DNA from: Octopus sinensis
Taxonomy: Eukaryota
DNA length: 64,000 nt
Reading direction: 5' to 3'
Assembly (NCBI RefSeq): GCF_006345805.1
Contig: NC_043001.1
Coordinates: 22,196,001 to 22,260,000 of the forward strand
Positions 40,690-53,202 of this stretch are shown here, piece by piece. The first letter of the stretch is position 1. Every line of letters starts with the position of its first letter. The position numbers were made by a program, and so were the translations under genes. Below the pieces are notes generated by a model. The model did not search any database. It saw only the letters and a list, made by a program, of their open reading frames with translations, and was not told the DNA's origin.

Positions 40690-41130
40690 GTGTCCGATTA
40701 CCAGATTACATTCAAATCTCAGGGAATTGAAATTGTGATAGCAACGTTATAATGCAGATCAATGTAGTGAAGCCGATAATCTCTGTAAAGATAGTCTCTG
40801 TATGGTTTTTATACGGGTAGTCAAGGAGACGATTTGTTCTAGGCCGAAGATTAAAAGCAAAGATCATCTGAAATAGGAAATTGAAACAAGACTCTTTTAA
40901 GTCTCGTTTGAGAAAATAGATTAGGATGGATTTAAGCTTGCAACCTCTCCCATGGGTTCTCTGTAATGTGAATAAATGAAACTTCATTCTTACGATTCTG
41001 AGTGATTACATTATCATATGCTGCTTTTGTCTTTTAATTGCCGGGAAACGCGTTATGTAGTCATTCAGAATTGCGTCTGAGGAAGAATCCTAAGATTTAG
41101 TCAGAATGCTCGCGAAAGAGCGAAACCCTT
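40690..41130 (+). mobile_element. Possible Penelope-like 3' relic (GIY-YIG endonuclease plus decayed ribozyme-like tail)
   Basis: With frameshifts: NCDSNVI..I.C...C..FY.G and WI.KLAT..P.G; followed by ctgagga...ctcgcgaaa and gaaacgcgtt fragments. Confidence 0.4.
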
Positions 41131-41175
41131 CTCTAAATAAATCGGCTAGTGCTGTTAAACTTGATAATAAATATA

Positions 41176-41530
41176 TATTTCTTTACTATCCACAAGGGGC
41201 TAAACACAGAGAGGACAAACAAGGACAGACAAACGGATTAAGTCGATTACATCGACCCCAGTGCGTAACTGGTACTTAATTTATCGACCCCGAAAGAATG
41301 AATTCTTTACTACCCACTAGGGGCCAAACACAGAGGGGACAAACAAGGACAGACAAACGGATTAAGTCGATTACATCGACCCCAGTGCGTAACTGGTACT
41401 TATTTAATCGACCCCGACAGGATGAAAGGCAAAGTCGACCTCGGCGGAATTTGAACTCAGAACGTAGCGGCAGACGAAATACGGCTACGGATTTCGCCCG
41501 GCGTGCTAACATTTCTACCAACTCGCCGCC
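41176..41530 (-). mobile_element. SINE S2 full copy (41303-41530) plus tandem 3' half (41176-41300)
   Basis: Duplicated gggctaaacacagagaggacaaacaaggacagacaaacggattaagtcg segment. Confidence 0.92.
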
Positions 41531-41534
41531 CTAA

Positions 41535-41920
41535 TCTCTCTCTATATAAACGGCAGTTTGTCTGTGCGTTTTCTGTGTGTCTGTTTTCTTGTACCCTCAC
41601 TCTGACCACGGCTTTCAACCGATTCTGATGAAACTTGACACACACATAGCCCAATGTCATAATTCAAAATTAACGCAGCGAAAATTTTGAAAAGTTCCCC
41701 CAGTTCTGAAAAAAATCGATAAATTCGACATGGGGTCGAGAATCAGAAACCCAAACCACAGACCGTCTAGGGGACGCAACTCCACCTTTTTTAACTCTCA
41801 AAAAAAAAAATTACCATCGTTTTTTTTCTATTTTTTTGCTATTTTTTGGCTATAACTCTCTAAAAATGCTTTATAGTTATTTCCCTTACAAACCTGAGCA
41901 ACGCCGGGCGATACTGCTAG
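41535..41920 (+). mobile_element. Non-autonomous Helitron, family H1
   Basis: A|TC start, CTAG|T end, subterminal GC-rich hairpin, no TSD. Confidence 0.88.
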
Positions 41921-42257
41921 TAATAGATATAACTCATTCGACGAGTTTCCGCTGTTTTTATATATCCATATTTACTAGGGTCATTGCCCAAGACAATCCT
42001 GATAGGAAAAGTGGAAGGTAGTCAAAGATGTCTGTGAAAGAACGACATCAAAGAAGGGTCTGGAAACAAGAGCCTGGTTGATTGTAAACATACGGCACAA
42101 CACAAAAGAAGGAACTGGAGAGTTTTGGCGAGCCGAACCCCGGCTGATGATAATGTTTACTAGCAATACTAAGGTTAGAAAGAGAAAATACTTGCCCAAG
42201 GTGCTGTGCTGTTAGACCTAACTTGGAAACGTGATTGCGAAGCGAACTTCCGAACTA

Positions 42258-42766
42258 CCGTAAATCCTCGAGTATAATCCGCATTTTTTCCCAAAATTTA
42301 AAGGTCAAAATCCTTAGTGCGTACTATATACGAGGTTAAAAATGAAAAATATTTTCGAAGCAATGTCCGAGTCTCTATTTGCTGTCCGGCAATATTTATT
42401 CAGATGCATTTTGTGATGTCGGGTGCGAAAAAGGATGAAAGCAATGAAGTCATAAAAGGATCATCCATAACTTGCAATAAGCAACATTTATTAAAATAAA
42501 AGTATTCAGAACACAGAATAACATGTAACAAAAACAATTTGCAAACATATTTACATTCCCATATAACAGTTAAGAACATCACCATTATTGTATTACGCAT
42601 GCGCAGAAGTGTTTTTTCGACGAGGTGCTGCTGGCTTAATTACGCACGATTCAAGTTAGAGAAGGGGTGTGTATTATACACAAGGTTTAGGTTTTTCTGA
42701 GGTACAGCCCCCTAAAAATCCCCTGCGTATTATACACAAGGGCGGATTATACTCGAGGATTTACGG
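42258..42766. mobile_element. Tc1/mariner-pogo-type MITE, copy 2 (inside an old SINE head)
   Basis: TIR CCGTAAATCCTCGAGTATAATCCGC / GCGGATTATACTCGAGGATTTACGG; TA TSD. Confidence 0.93.
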
Positions 42767-42789
42767 TATATAGCTATGCACCACTTAAA

Positions 42790-43420
42790 AACACGGTCAC
42801 CATTATATTCATACCCTAATAATAATTTAATTCATCTTTTCTATTCCATAAATTATTCTATTTCATCTATTTTTGTTTCCATGGTCTCTCATCGTCAACA
42901 AAACCAATTAATATGTTGATAAAGAGACATTGATTTTTTCTGATCTTTTGGGGCGTTGTTCTGATTTTCCAATCAGCTTGCATCACCATGTCTCAGTATA
43001 TTGTGAAGTAAGTGTTTTAAGTGATATAGTTTGTTAAAATGTTCATACCATTTAACGTCTATATTCTAAAAAGTGTTTACATATTGCCTATTGAATAAAA
43101 CTTACATATTGCCCATTGAATATATACTTATTTGGACATGTTAGTATGTGTATTCTAATCTGGCAAGATAATGTATTGGATTGTCCTGTGAAGTACACTT
43201 CATTATCAGTGTTTACTATCTCTCGATTTGGTTTGTTATATTTTTTAAAGTAGTTTACTTCAGCTCTAAGCATTGTGCAACGATTATAGAGCTTTCTGAC
43301 CGAACTTTTTATGAGACCAACATTATTACTCAAACTATTTTTGGTTTTTTCACAATTACCTCACTCCTGTGCAGTTTCGTCTGAAAATTACCATCTATCT
43401 TTTGTCACCTTCCTATAATC
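42790..43420 (-). mobile_element. Possible decayed Penelope-like reverse transcriptase relic
   Basis: Ordered remnants SVRKLYN, ILTCPNKYIFNGQY and (W)F..FVDD...W, matching the spacing of PLE RT motifs; heavily mutated. Confidence 0.4.
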
Positions 43421-44049
43421 ATATCTTGGTTTCAAACTGCATGTTATTCTTTCTTACAACACGGCTGTTGTTCCTCAACTACTATTGTTCTAAATCAGAT
43501 ATGGGCAACCATTTTCGAGAAGCAGGCTGCATGAGACCTGGCTCATCATCAGACAATGGCTAAAAATTTTCTGAAGCAGCACTCCCACTAATTTTATCTA
43601 CGAGCCGCCACTGCCTAGAATTGCCGTTCTTGTAGAGAATTGCCGTTCCTATAGAGATCAGTAGGCTCCCAGAAGCTGGTGATTAATTTCCCGCGTAAGG
43701 AAGAATGAACAGTTTTGCCAACACGACTGGATGGGTAGAAACTGACCAATACAAACCACAGGTTCGTTTAATCACGAGGTCATGTAACCTGTTGGAACGA
43801 AAACGGCTCTGGAACCGATATTTGGGTATTTAAGCCTAGACAAGTCAGAACGAAAACATCTCACAAAATGATAATGTAAATCACTTCTGCTACAGAGGGA
43901 TAGCCCGCCCGAGCGACATTTTTATTGGGACGGCATCTTTGGGTTTGCAGGCTGTAATACCGGAGGCACAGCGGCAAACCTAAGGGCTGCCATGGGCAGC
44001 ACATAACTCTAGCTACGTCACTGATGGATGGAGGAAAATATGCTCAAAG

Positions 44050-44430
44050 TGGACGCCTGGTTCGAATGTTTTTAACTGAGTAGACTCTGCAAAAGGTACC
44101 CAAAATGCCAAGGGGTGATGTTAAACTAGCACTCGATCGGTCACGATGATGAGGGTTCCAGTTGATCTGATCAACGGAACAGCATACCCGTGAAATTAAC
44201 GTGCAAGCAGCCGAAAACTCCACAGACATGTGTACCCTTAATGTAGTTCTTAGGGAGCCTCAGCGTGACCCAAAATGTGACAAGGCTGGCCCTTTGAAAT
44301 GCAAGTATTATTCATTATTGCCAGCTGAGTGGACTGGAGCAACATGGAATAAAATATTTTGCTGAAGGACACAGCGCACCGCCGGGAATCGAACTCACGA
44401 CCTTACAATCATGATGTTAAATCACCCATG
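44050..44430 (-). mobile_element. tRNA-derived SINE, third family (S3)
   Basis: Minus-strand head gtcgtgagttcgattcccggcgg...tgtgtccttcagcaaa...ttgctccagtccactcagctggc. Confidence 0.7.
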
Positions 44431-44754
44431 TGGATCATAGACGGATTTGAACTGAGAACGTAAAGGACTAGAACAAATACCGTTAGGCATCTTGCCAGAC
44501 GTTCTTACCATCAATCCTCACCCCTCGATTGGTACTTATTTTATCGACCCCGAAAGAATGAATAATAAAGATGACCTCGGCGTAATTTGAACTCTGAACG
44601 CTGAAAGTCAGAATAAAAACTGCGATACACTGTATGCGACGCTCTAATGACTGTGTTTTTTAATTATCTTTTTAATAGTAATTAAATTCAACAACAATAT
44701 TCACTTTTTAATCTCTTTCCATTTCGGTGTATAATAAATATATATTGGTTTCAA

Positions 44755-44955
44755 ATTTTGACATAAGACCAGAAATTTCGGAAGAGTGATAAGTCGATTA
44801 CATCGTTCTCAATATTCAACTGGCACTTATTTTACCGACCCTGAAAGGATGAAAGGCAAAGTCGACCTCGACAGAATTTGAACACAGAAAGACAGACAAA
44901 ATGGCGCTAAGCATTTTGCCCGGCGTTCTAACAATTCTGCCAGCTTGCTGCCTTA
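44755..44955 (-). mobile_element. SINE S2, diverged (another at about 44435-44650)
   Basis: gaaaggatgaaaggcaaagtcgacctcg core. Confidence 0.8.
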
Positions 44956-45348
44956 TATCATAAATATATATTGCCTGTTTCATTTATTTATTCTTAAATA
45001 TTTTTAGATATATAATTTGTTTACTTATTATTTATCTTGGTGTTGTTTGCTTTTCTCATTTCTTTTTTGTTTGTTTAAAGTGGCTTTCACACGCTTCCCA
45101 AGTCATTCTTGGAAAACCATTTTCTTATAAGGATTGAGCTGGTTGTGTTTTTCCAGGTGTGCGCACAGTTAATCTACTCTTTTGAGGATTGTTAGTACTT
45201 ATATTATGGGAAATAAGACTTGTCTTTCCGGGCCAGAATAAGCTAACCCGGGTCTTGTAGCAAATATTATAAAGAGGCCCAAAATCAAATTTCAAAAATC
45301 TAGCAGTTTTATCTAATTATAATTACTTATTTTTAAGGACCCAACTTC

Positions 45349-45769
45349 GGATCTTTTCGGTTTGACCGGCAGTTTTTTCCAGCGATGTCATATGAAATTG
45401 TCACCCATAATTATGACCCTAGTATCGATCTATTGCATTTCAATCTGTTTTAGAGTTAGAGTTAGGGGTGGGGGGAAGGGTATCTTTTTTTTTTCTTTAG
45501 AAATGTAAATAAACCCAATCTGTTCCTTAAACGAGGGACATATTCATACGGCACAGAATGTTTTCACCTCAATAGACGTCATTGATTGGTTGAAATTGCA
45601 GAAATTGAAGAAAAAACAACAACAAATATCTTACAAACTATAGAATCTTCTCAATAAAGCCAAGAGAAAAAGATATTTTATAAACACATTCTACCAGTAT
45701 ACGAAGTTTAAAAGTGTTTAGTTACGTGGAAATTATTTTAAAAAACTGCCGGTCAAACCGAAAAGATCC
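45349..45769. mobile_element. GGATC-ended MITE, copy 2
   Basis: TIRs as in copy 1; TSD (C)CCAACTTC on both sides (8-9 bp). Confidence 0.95.
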
Positions 45770-46463
45770 CCCAACTTCATATTTTAAGGGCCGATGTATA
45801 CAGATCAATTAGCAGAGAGGTGAAGTAATTGAAATAAATACTAGAATTCTAGTATTTGTTTTATCTAAAGCATGCTATCTCCAGCTGCAAATGTTTTTGA
45901 GATATTTAGAAGGTTAACACTTGAAGATAATGCCTTATACTAGAAACATAGCAACGGTTCTCAGTACCCAGGAGCAAAGAGACTTTCGGTAGCTCCACCT
46001 TCATTAAAGGACGTGTTGCACCATTTTACTATGTCTATGCCTTGGACACTCTAATTATGCGACGGATTTGAATGTGTGGACTCTTTCCCTTTAGATCCTG
46101 GTTTTGTTTTAAACCAAACATAAAACTCAAATGCTACAACATTACGCGAATCCATTATGTGACATTGTTACTTATTTTGCGGTTTAACCTAAATATTTCG
46201 ACTTATTTGTGATATAATTTTTGTCTAACTTCATAAGATTAAAGGAGAAATTGCAAACAATAAACTGTTTACTCCCTTTTTAAAATCCTTATTTGAATTA
46301 ATAAAGCTGGCAACAGCTGGCAATAGCAGACTTTTGAGTCTGCTGTATAAGCTTGCATTGGCCATGTTGCCCGTGTAATGGCAGCAAACTCAAAAACAGC
46401 ATCGAGCGACACACTCTTTAGCTATGCCACTGGAAGATGGTTAACCTAACGGGATCTTCAACA

Positions 46464-46696
46464 GGCGGCGAGCTGGCAGAAACGTTAGCATGCCGGGCGA
46501 AATGCTTAGCGGTGTTTCGTCTGTCGCTACGTTCTGAGTTCAAATTCCGCCAAGGTCGACTTTGCATTTCATCCTTTCGGGGTCGATTAAATAAGTACCA
46601 GTTACGCATTGGGGTCGATATAATCGACTTAATCCGTTTGTCTGTCCTTGTTTGTCTTCTCTGTGTTTAGCCCCTTGTGGGTAGTAAAGAAATAGG
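46464..46696 (+). mobile_element. SINE S2, full length
   Basis: TSD ATCTTCAACAG / ATCTACAACAG. Confidence 0.95.
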
Positions 46697-47736
46697 TATC
46701 TACAACAGACCAGAGAAGAGATCAAGTTGGCATGAACCAACGTTATTAAAAGCGGTTTACTCCTCTATGATAAACGCAAAGGGAACCCTTTGGCAAATAA
46801 TTTCCTATTTTCTAAATCGCTCTAGTTCTTATATACTATTCTGTTACTGGTAAATATTTCTTGTTCACTACATGTATATCTAATATACTAGTGACCCATA
46901 CAAAGGGCCGTCTGCATTATAAACCCCATGGGCAAATTTATTTGACAGCAAACCACCCCATACATAGATCAGAATTGGGATTCTGGACCCGTGAAGCCCC
47001 TGGGAAACTGTCCGGTGTGCTCATGCCTTAAACTGGCACTGCCCTTACATCAATATGTTTTTGGCATTTATTACTAAAATACTTAATGGGCAGTTTAAAA
47101 CGAGGCCTGCATTTTACGTCTAGCCTCAGTCCTATAACCAAATAAAATTAGACCTGCATTTCACATCCGGTCTGGACCTGATGTATTAGTAATAATTTGA
47201 TTCATTCACAGGCCTGGTCTATAATGCATTAATAATCTGATTAATTTAGCCAATCTTATTCATGAGAAAAATAATAATTAAGCTCAGCTGTTCTATGACA
47301 AATATAACGGTTTCAAATTTTGGCATGAAGACAGCAATCGTAAGAGGGAAATAAGTCGATTTCACTGATCCTAGAGCTCAACTAGTATTTATTTTATTGA
47401 CCTCGAAAGGAAAAAAGGCAAAGTCAACCTCGGCGGAATTTGAAATCATAACGTAAAGAACCGGAAGAAATATTACGAAGCAAACTTTCCGACATAACGA
47501 TTCTACTAGCTTGCCGTCTTTTATGACGAATATGATGCATCATTTTTGTTTTGATAGAACGACGAATCTATTTACTTAGCATCCGACAAAAAAAAAATGA
47601 AAAGGTTATTTAATTTGATTATTGTAATTTGTTGGATTTAAAGTGTATTGGATCTCGGATATTTTCCAGATTCTGGATCAATCCTAAACATCTGGTCGTT
47701 CATAAAAGTGGAAAGCGGGATAGCATTTATGTTCTA

Positions 47737-48144
47737 CTAGCAGCATAGCCCAGCGTTGCCCGGGTATGTAAGAGCCCCTAGTAGGCAACGACTAATCCCA
47801 ATCTAGTTCTTTCCCTCTAGGGAACGAAGGCGCATGTGTAGGTTGCAACGTCTTCTCTTCACTCGAACACTTCTATGTATACGATGTTCCTAGCTGTCTC
47901 CCGACAGAAAATGTGTTGCATATAAAAAGCTTAGATTCTCGACCCCATGTCGAATTTATCGATTTTTTTCAAAAATGGGGGAACTTTTCAAAATTTTCAC
48001 TGCGTTAGTTTTGAATTATGACATTGGGCTATGTGTGTGTCAAGTTTCATCAGAATCGGTTAAAAGCCGTGGTCAGGATGAGGGTACAACCTGACAGACA
48101 CACAAACACACAGACAGACAAACTGCCGTTTATATATAGAGAGA
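47737..48144 (-). mobile_element. Non-autonomous Helitron, family H1
   Basis: Termini TC...CTAG on the minus strand at an A^T site; homologous to 41535-41920. Confidence 0.88.
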
Positions 48145-48304
48145 TAACATGTAGCAAGGTTCTGTAACATGTACGACTCTTGCTGCTCGATAAATCTGAA
48201 CTGGTCCTGCCTTCCAATAATCTGCTTGTTTATGTGAAAATGTATCAAAATTGAGTGGAGATGTATATCGGTCCTACGACAACGTCTGAAGGAGCCAAAT
48301 GTTG

Positions 48305-48731
48305 GGATCTTTTCGGTTTGAACGACAGTTTTTTCTAGCGGTGTCATATGAAATTGTAACCCATAATTATGACCCTAGTATCGATCTATTGCATTTCAAT
48401 CTGTTTTAGGGTTTGGGTTAGTTAGGGTTAGGGGTGAGGGGAAGGATATCTTTTTTTCTTCAGAAATGTAGATAAACCCAATCTGTTTCTTAAACGAGGG
48501 ACATATTCATACGGCGCAGAATGTTTTCACCTCAATAGACGTCATTGATTGGTTGAAATTGCGGAAATTGAAGAAAAAAAACAACAAATATCTTACAAAC
48601 TATAGAATCTTCTCAATAAAGCCAAGAGAAAAAGATGTTTTATAAACACATTCTACCAGTATACGAAGTTTTAAAATTTTTAGTTACGTGGAAATTATTT
48701 TTAAAAACTGCCGGTCAAACCGAAAAGATCC
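48305..48731. mobile_element. GGATC-ended MITE, copy 3
   Basis: 8-bp TSD AAATGTTG (48297-304, 48732-39). Confidence 0.95.
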
Positions 48732-48949
48732 AAATGTTGATTTATTTCTTGTTAGTAGGAGTTTAAAAAAATTACGATTTCCAAAAGAAAAAAAAATTAA
48801 AGAATGTGGGAGTAAAAAAAAAGAGAGAAAATTATTAATAAATAAACTGAAGAGGCATACACGCTCCTTCAATCTTACATCGCGTTCGGTGACATTTCTG
48901 TCACTCCCTAAAATGTTTTGAGGTAACCTTAAACACTTTGCAGTATTAC

Positions 48950-49560
48950 CGCATGTAATTGCGAGGCTGAGGTACTTGGAACAGCCAAGCACCCTCCCCG
49001 TGGCAGGATACACTAACGAACTCAAAAACTTCCAAATCAGTTGTCCAACTTCCCCTAAAAGTCTCAAAAGCCACAGATTAGAAAAAGTTAAATTCCGACA
49101 GAATTACAGCATTTTAGGGTCTTCTGTTCAGCTACGGCTGCAGTAACTCCCATCGCTGTCACAGCATTGAGGACACAGGATGGAACAAAGAGTCGTTAAC
49201 AATGACGTCTGATATGAGTCATCTGACCCTTAAGTAAGAAAAGAATAAGTCCATTGTGTCTCATAACCCACATCCCTAGAAATCTCACTGGCTCCAGAAT
49301 ATCCTGAAATATTTATTCTACCTAGAACTCAGTTAATGATTAGGTTTCTTTGGTTGTGGTGACCAAAGCAATCCATGTTTAATCGACAAGGCAATCCATG
49401 AAGGCCTCTAAACTCATAGGGTTTGCCACATCACCTTTTCATTTACACACGAGCTCCGACTTTGAAATCGACGGAGACGTGTAATTCATCTGGATCGCAT
49501 GAGTCATTGATGTCAGCCACAGGTAAAGCGTCAACCCAATCTTGAGAAAATTTGCCTCAC
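48950..49560 (-). mobile_element. Possible decayed RTE RT C-terminal relic
   Basis: Remnants resembling FxYLG, EAF, YGCETWT and CLRxILGI; many frameshifts. Confidence 0.3.
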
Positions 49561-51300
49561 AGAAACTAGGCAGTACCTTGAGTATTGATCAAATTGATAA
49601 TAAAAAAAAAGGGGAGAGAGAGACAGATAGACCCAGTTTAAACTTATTTTTGAGAAGAGGACACAACAATCTTTGTCGTAGATTTGTTACTTGAAATTTC
49701 AGTATATTCTTTTAAATCTTTTTGCCAACGTTTATGCATTATCTTTATGACCATTAGCATCTTTACGCTTACTGACTGCTCTGTCTCGTTCCCAAAGGCG
49801 CCATTGAAATGTTGATACTGTTGAAATTGTTTCTAATTGCCGTTATTTGAAACGATTTCCGAGTTTATCTATCAAACTGGATACCTTGGGGTATTCGGTT
49901 ACATCCCTTCATGACTGAGCTAAAATCCCACTGGAGTCGACTGCCTTTTATCTTTCCGGCGTCTATAAAATAATCGTTTAAACAATTTAAGCGATTGTTC
50001 CAAAACCTTCAACGTATCTTCTGGTATCTATATTAGAATCGATAAAGCCACCGACAAAATTACATGCGGTGTTTAGTTATAGTTCTTTTTATATGGAATT
50101 CACATCCCGCCTGGGCTGACTTTGCCTTCCAGCTTTCCGGGATGGATGAAATAGATATTAGTCAAGTACTAAGGTTGATATAATTGACTGCTTCTCTTAC
50201 CTAAATTTCTGACCTTGTGCCTGTGTAAGAAATTATTAAGAACAGCGAATCGGAAAAATCGTTTGCGTGTCAAACAAAATGTTTTACAGTATTTATTCTG
50301 GATCTTTACATTCTGAGTTCAGATCCCGCTCAGAGCAACTTTGCCTCTCGAAGTCAATAAAATAAAGTATCAGTCGAGTACTGGGGGTGATGTAATCGAC
50401 TAACTCCCCTGTCCAAATCGTTGGCTTTGTGTCTATGCTAGAAAACACTGCTTCACTCCAGGTGAAAACTTTTGACCAGATAGGTTAGCCGAGCTACACA
50501 AAACTATGCGAATTTCATCTCTGGTCCTGAATTGGTGAATTACTTCACCTTTCACCTTAAAAGGAAAATAGGGCTAGAGAGAAAATGCCTGACTGTGAAA
50601 ATGTTTGAAAATCGATGGAAGAATGTAGCACGGATGTTGCGTGTGGATGGAACCGCATGAATGCGACACAGGATGTAACTCAGGTATCAGTGGCGAGGCG
50701 GGGCTCGTGGGGTCCGAATTAAACCCACCCCTCCACTCCATCCGTAATGTCTTCTGGTCTGTCCTACCATTCGATTTTATTATATTTTCTTATTTTTGTA
50801 AAATTTTTAATGTCATTTTTTGTATAATCATTCGCTCATCTGACCCCAAAATCAGATTGTATTGTCCCCTCTTTGTTGGCTCCTTGTAGGTAATAAAAAA
50901 ATCAACATTTGTTGTAGTACCAGCATGTAAAGGTTTTCTGTCCGCAGGAAAATCAAAACAGGGAAGGTGTAACTGTCAACATCACAATCCTACTAACGAT
51001 AGTTGTAACAACAACAACAATGAGCACAGCTCTATGAACGACATGAACAAATCCAGATGATCTACTACTAACACCGACCAGAAAAGATGAAAAAAAAAGA
51101 AAAAATTTGCGAGAAAGACCCTCCGCATCGGTACTGATACGAACTCACACATAGAGGTGTGTCACAGTCGTCCCCTGATTTCCCGCCAAGTGACGAAGGG
51201 AGGCCGTGGCGGCCCTAGGTTGGTTATCCCATCCTCAAAATGTGAAAAGTTGAAGCAGAGAGAGAGAGAAGGGTGCAAAGAGCTTGCAAGTCAGTCATCT

Positions 51301-53202
51301 CGTCGTCGGCTTTATCTTGTAACCGAGTATCTATTTTCTTTTTTGCTGAACGCTTCCTTTACAGTGATAATGTTGATGATTCTGTAGCTCAATTCTTGCA
51401 TAGAAGAGTCGATGGCATTGACTGCATGGCAATGTTGGTCGAGGATGAGGTTGATTTTGTCGATCCTTTCTTCCCTGTCGCTTGATTTCTTCCTCTTCTC
51501 TTCTGGTGGCTTCGAAGTTTTTGGTTCTGATGGTGATGGAACACCGCCACTTGATACGGTCTCGAGCATGTGTTTCAAACGACTTAAGCTCAGTTCCAGT
51601 GGCTGCTTTCAGTGTTGCTTTGAGTTGTTCCTTATATCTTCGAAGAGGGCAACTCCATGCTCTTTTTCCTGAAGTGAGTTCACTAAATAAGATTTGGCAT
51701 GGGAACCTTGACTCTTCCATTCTTGCTACATGTCCTGACGATCGAAGATAGTGTTTCATGATCAGTGTTTCGATACTTTGACTGTTGGCTCTTTCCAGGA
51801 CTTTATTGTTGGTCATATAGTGTTCCCTTTTGATGCTCAAGTTTGAGCGAAGGTTTTTGTTGGTGAAAGCGTTCTAAGTTTTGGATGTCGCGACGATATA
51901 GAGTCCAGGTTTCGCAGCCATATAGTATGGTTGAAATGATAACAGCATTATAAATAATAATTTTCGCTGTTAAGATATTTGTTGTTGAAGACGCGTTTGA
52001 TTAACTTTCCAAATGTTCCGTGTGCAGCTCCAATTCTGCGTTCCACATCCTTTTCTGGGGTGCACTTGTTTGATAAAAGTTTGCCTAGATATAGGCGGCC
52101 TAGGCTGGTTATCCCATCCTCAAAATGTGAAAAGTTGAAGCAGAGAGAGAGAGAGAGAGGTGTGCAAAGAGTTTATCTATCAAACTGGATACCTTGGGGT
52201 ATTCGGTTACATCCCTTCATGACTGAGCTAAAATCCCACTGGAGTCGACTGCCTATAAAATAATCGTTTAAACAATTTAAGCGATTGTTCCAAAACCTTC
52301 AACGTATCTTCTGCCTAGCTATAGAAAAAGCTTAACTTTTTCGAGAGGTGTATTCGAGATGGTAACATTAAAATCTGGTAAGATGTATTTGGGGCTGGTT
52401 GTGCAAGGACCTTAGTTTTCTTGATGTTTACTGTAAGGCCAAAGTGATGGTAGGTCATAGAAAAGTTGGAGTTCTTCTTTTGAATAAGAGAGATCAGCAC
52501 TGTCATCAGGATATTGAAGTTCTGAGATGTGTTGCTTGCGTTAGATGTTTAGATCCAAGTTTTCTAAGATTGAAAAGTCCTCCTTATTTCGACTTCAAGG
52601 GCAACAATGTCAGGGTTTTGACAATGATGTTAGTTGTTGGTAAAATTGGTTCTTTGTTTCTTCATCACCATCAAGAGTTGGAGCATAAGCAAAGGTGAGG
52701 GTCATGTAATTCTCATTTAGAAGTGGTAACTGGAGGGTCATTAGTCGTTCGTTGATGGCTACTGGTGTTAAGTGAGGGTCTCGTACGATGTAGGTTTTAA
52801 TAACAAAATTGACTCCTTGGATTCTTCTTTCCCCTTCATCTTTGCCTTTCCAAAAGAATGTATAGCCAGAACCAGTTTCTTCATTCTTTTATAGGAGTAT
52901 CGTTGTCCACCTCAATCGAAGAAGGTCCTAGAAAAGGTGGGCTAAACATCGAAAGTTGCTATCACTGCTCGGCTGAGAAACCACACCTGGGAGGCTACCT
53001 ATCATGCGGTCGAAACAAGAAACTTAAAACATCTAATATGATCTTTGGAACATGGAATGTTAGAACTCTTGTCCTCATTGACAGCGCCGACAGACCAGAA
53101 AGATGCACAGCTCTAGTCTCAAAAGAACTGGCTAGGCTCAATGTGAACATCGCAACCCTGAGTGAAACACGGCTTTCAGGAGAAGGATGATTCGAAGAAA
53201 CT
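51301..53202 (-). mobile_element. RTE (BovB-like) retrotransposon, internally deleted, with inverted 5' segment
   Basis: APE (GYTFFWKG...INERLMTL...AYAPT), RT (ISELQYPDD, FGLTVNIKKTKVL, YLGK) and C-terminal CSQCHRLF...H on minus; 5' UTR plus MIFGTWNVRTL...LSETRLSGEG on plus; TSD CTTGCAAGTCAGTCATCT / CTTGCTAAACAGTCATCT (15/18). Confidence 0.92.
52094..52313 (+). other. Locally templated composite insertion inside the RTE
   Basis: 52094-52171 copies 51208-51282; 52169-52313 copies 49861-50023 minus 18 nt; flanked by TGCCTAGATATAG / TGCCTAGCTATAG. Confidence 0.9.

Noticed and set aside
40712-40987. Minus-strand ORF read as a CR1 3' end (RTHGRGCKL)
   Set aside because: The plus strand gives a more coherent GIY-YIG-like motif series; neither reading is secure.
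41040-41130. Ribozyme-like fragments (GAAACGCGUU; CUGAGGA...CUCGC GAAA)
   Set aside because: The pieces cannot be assembled into one complete fold; kept only as supporting context for a Penelope-like relic.
52892-53030. HDV-like ribozyme in the RTE 5' UTR (known for some RTE elements)
   Set aside because: I could not build the nested double pseudoknot by eye; an RNArobo/Infernal search would be needed.
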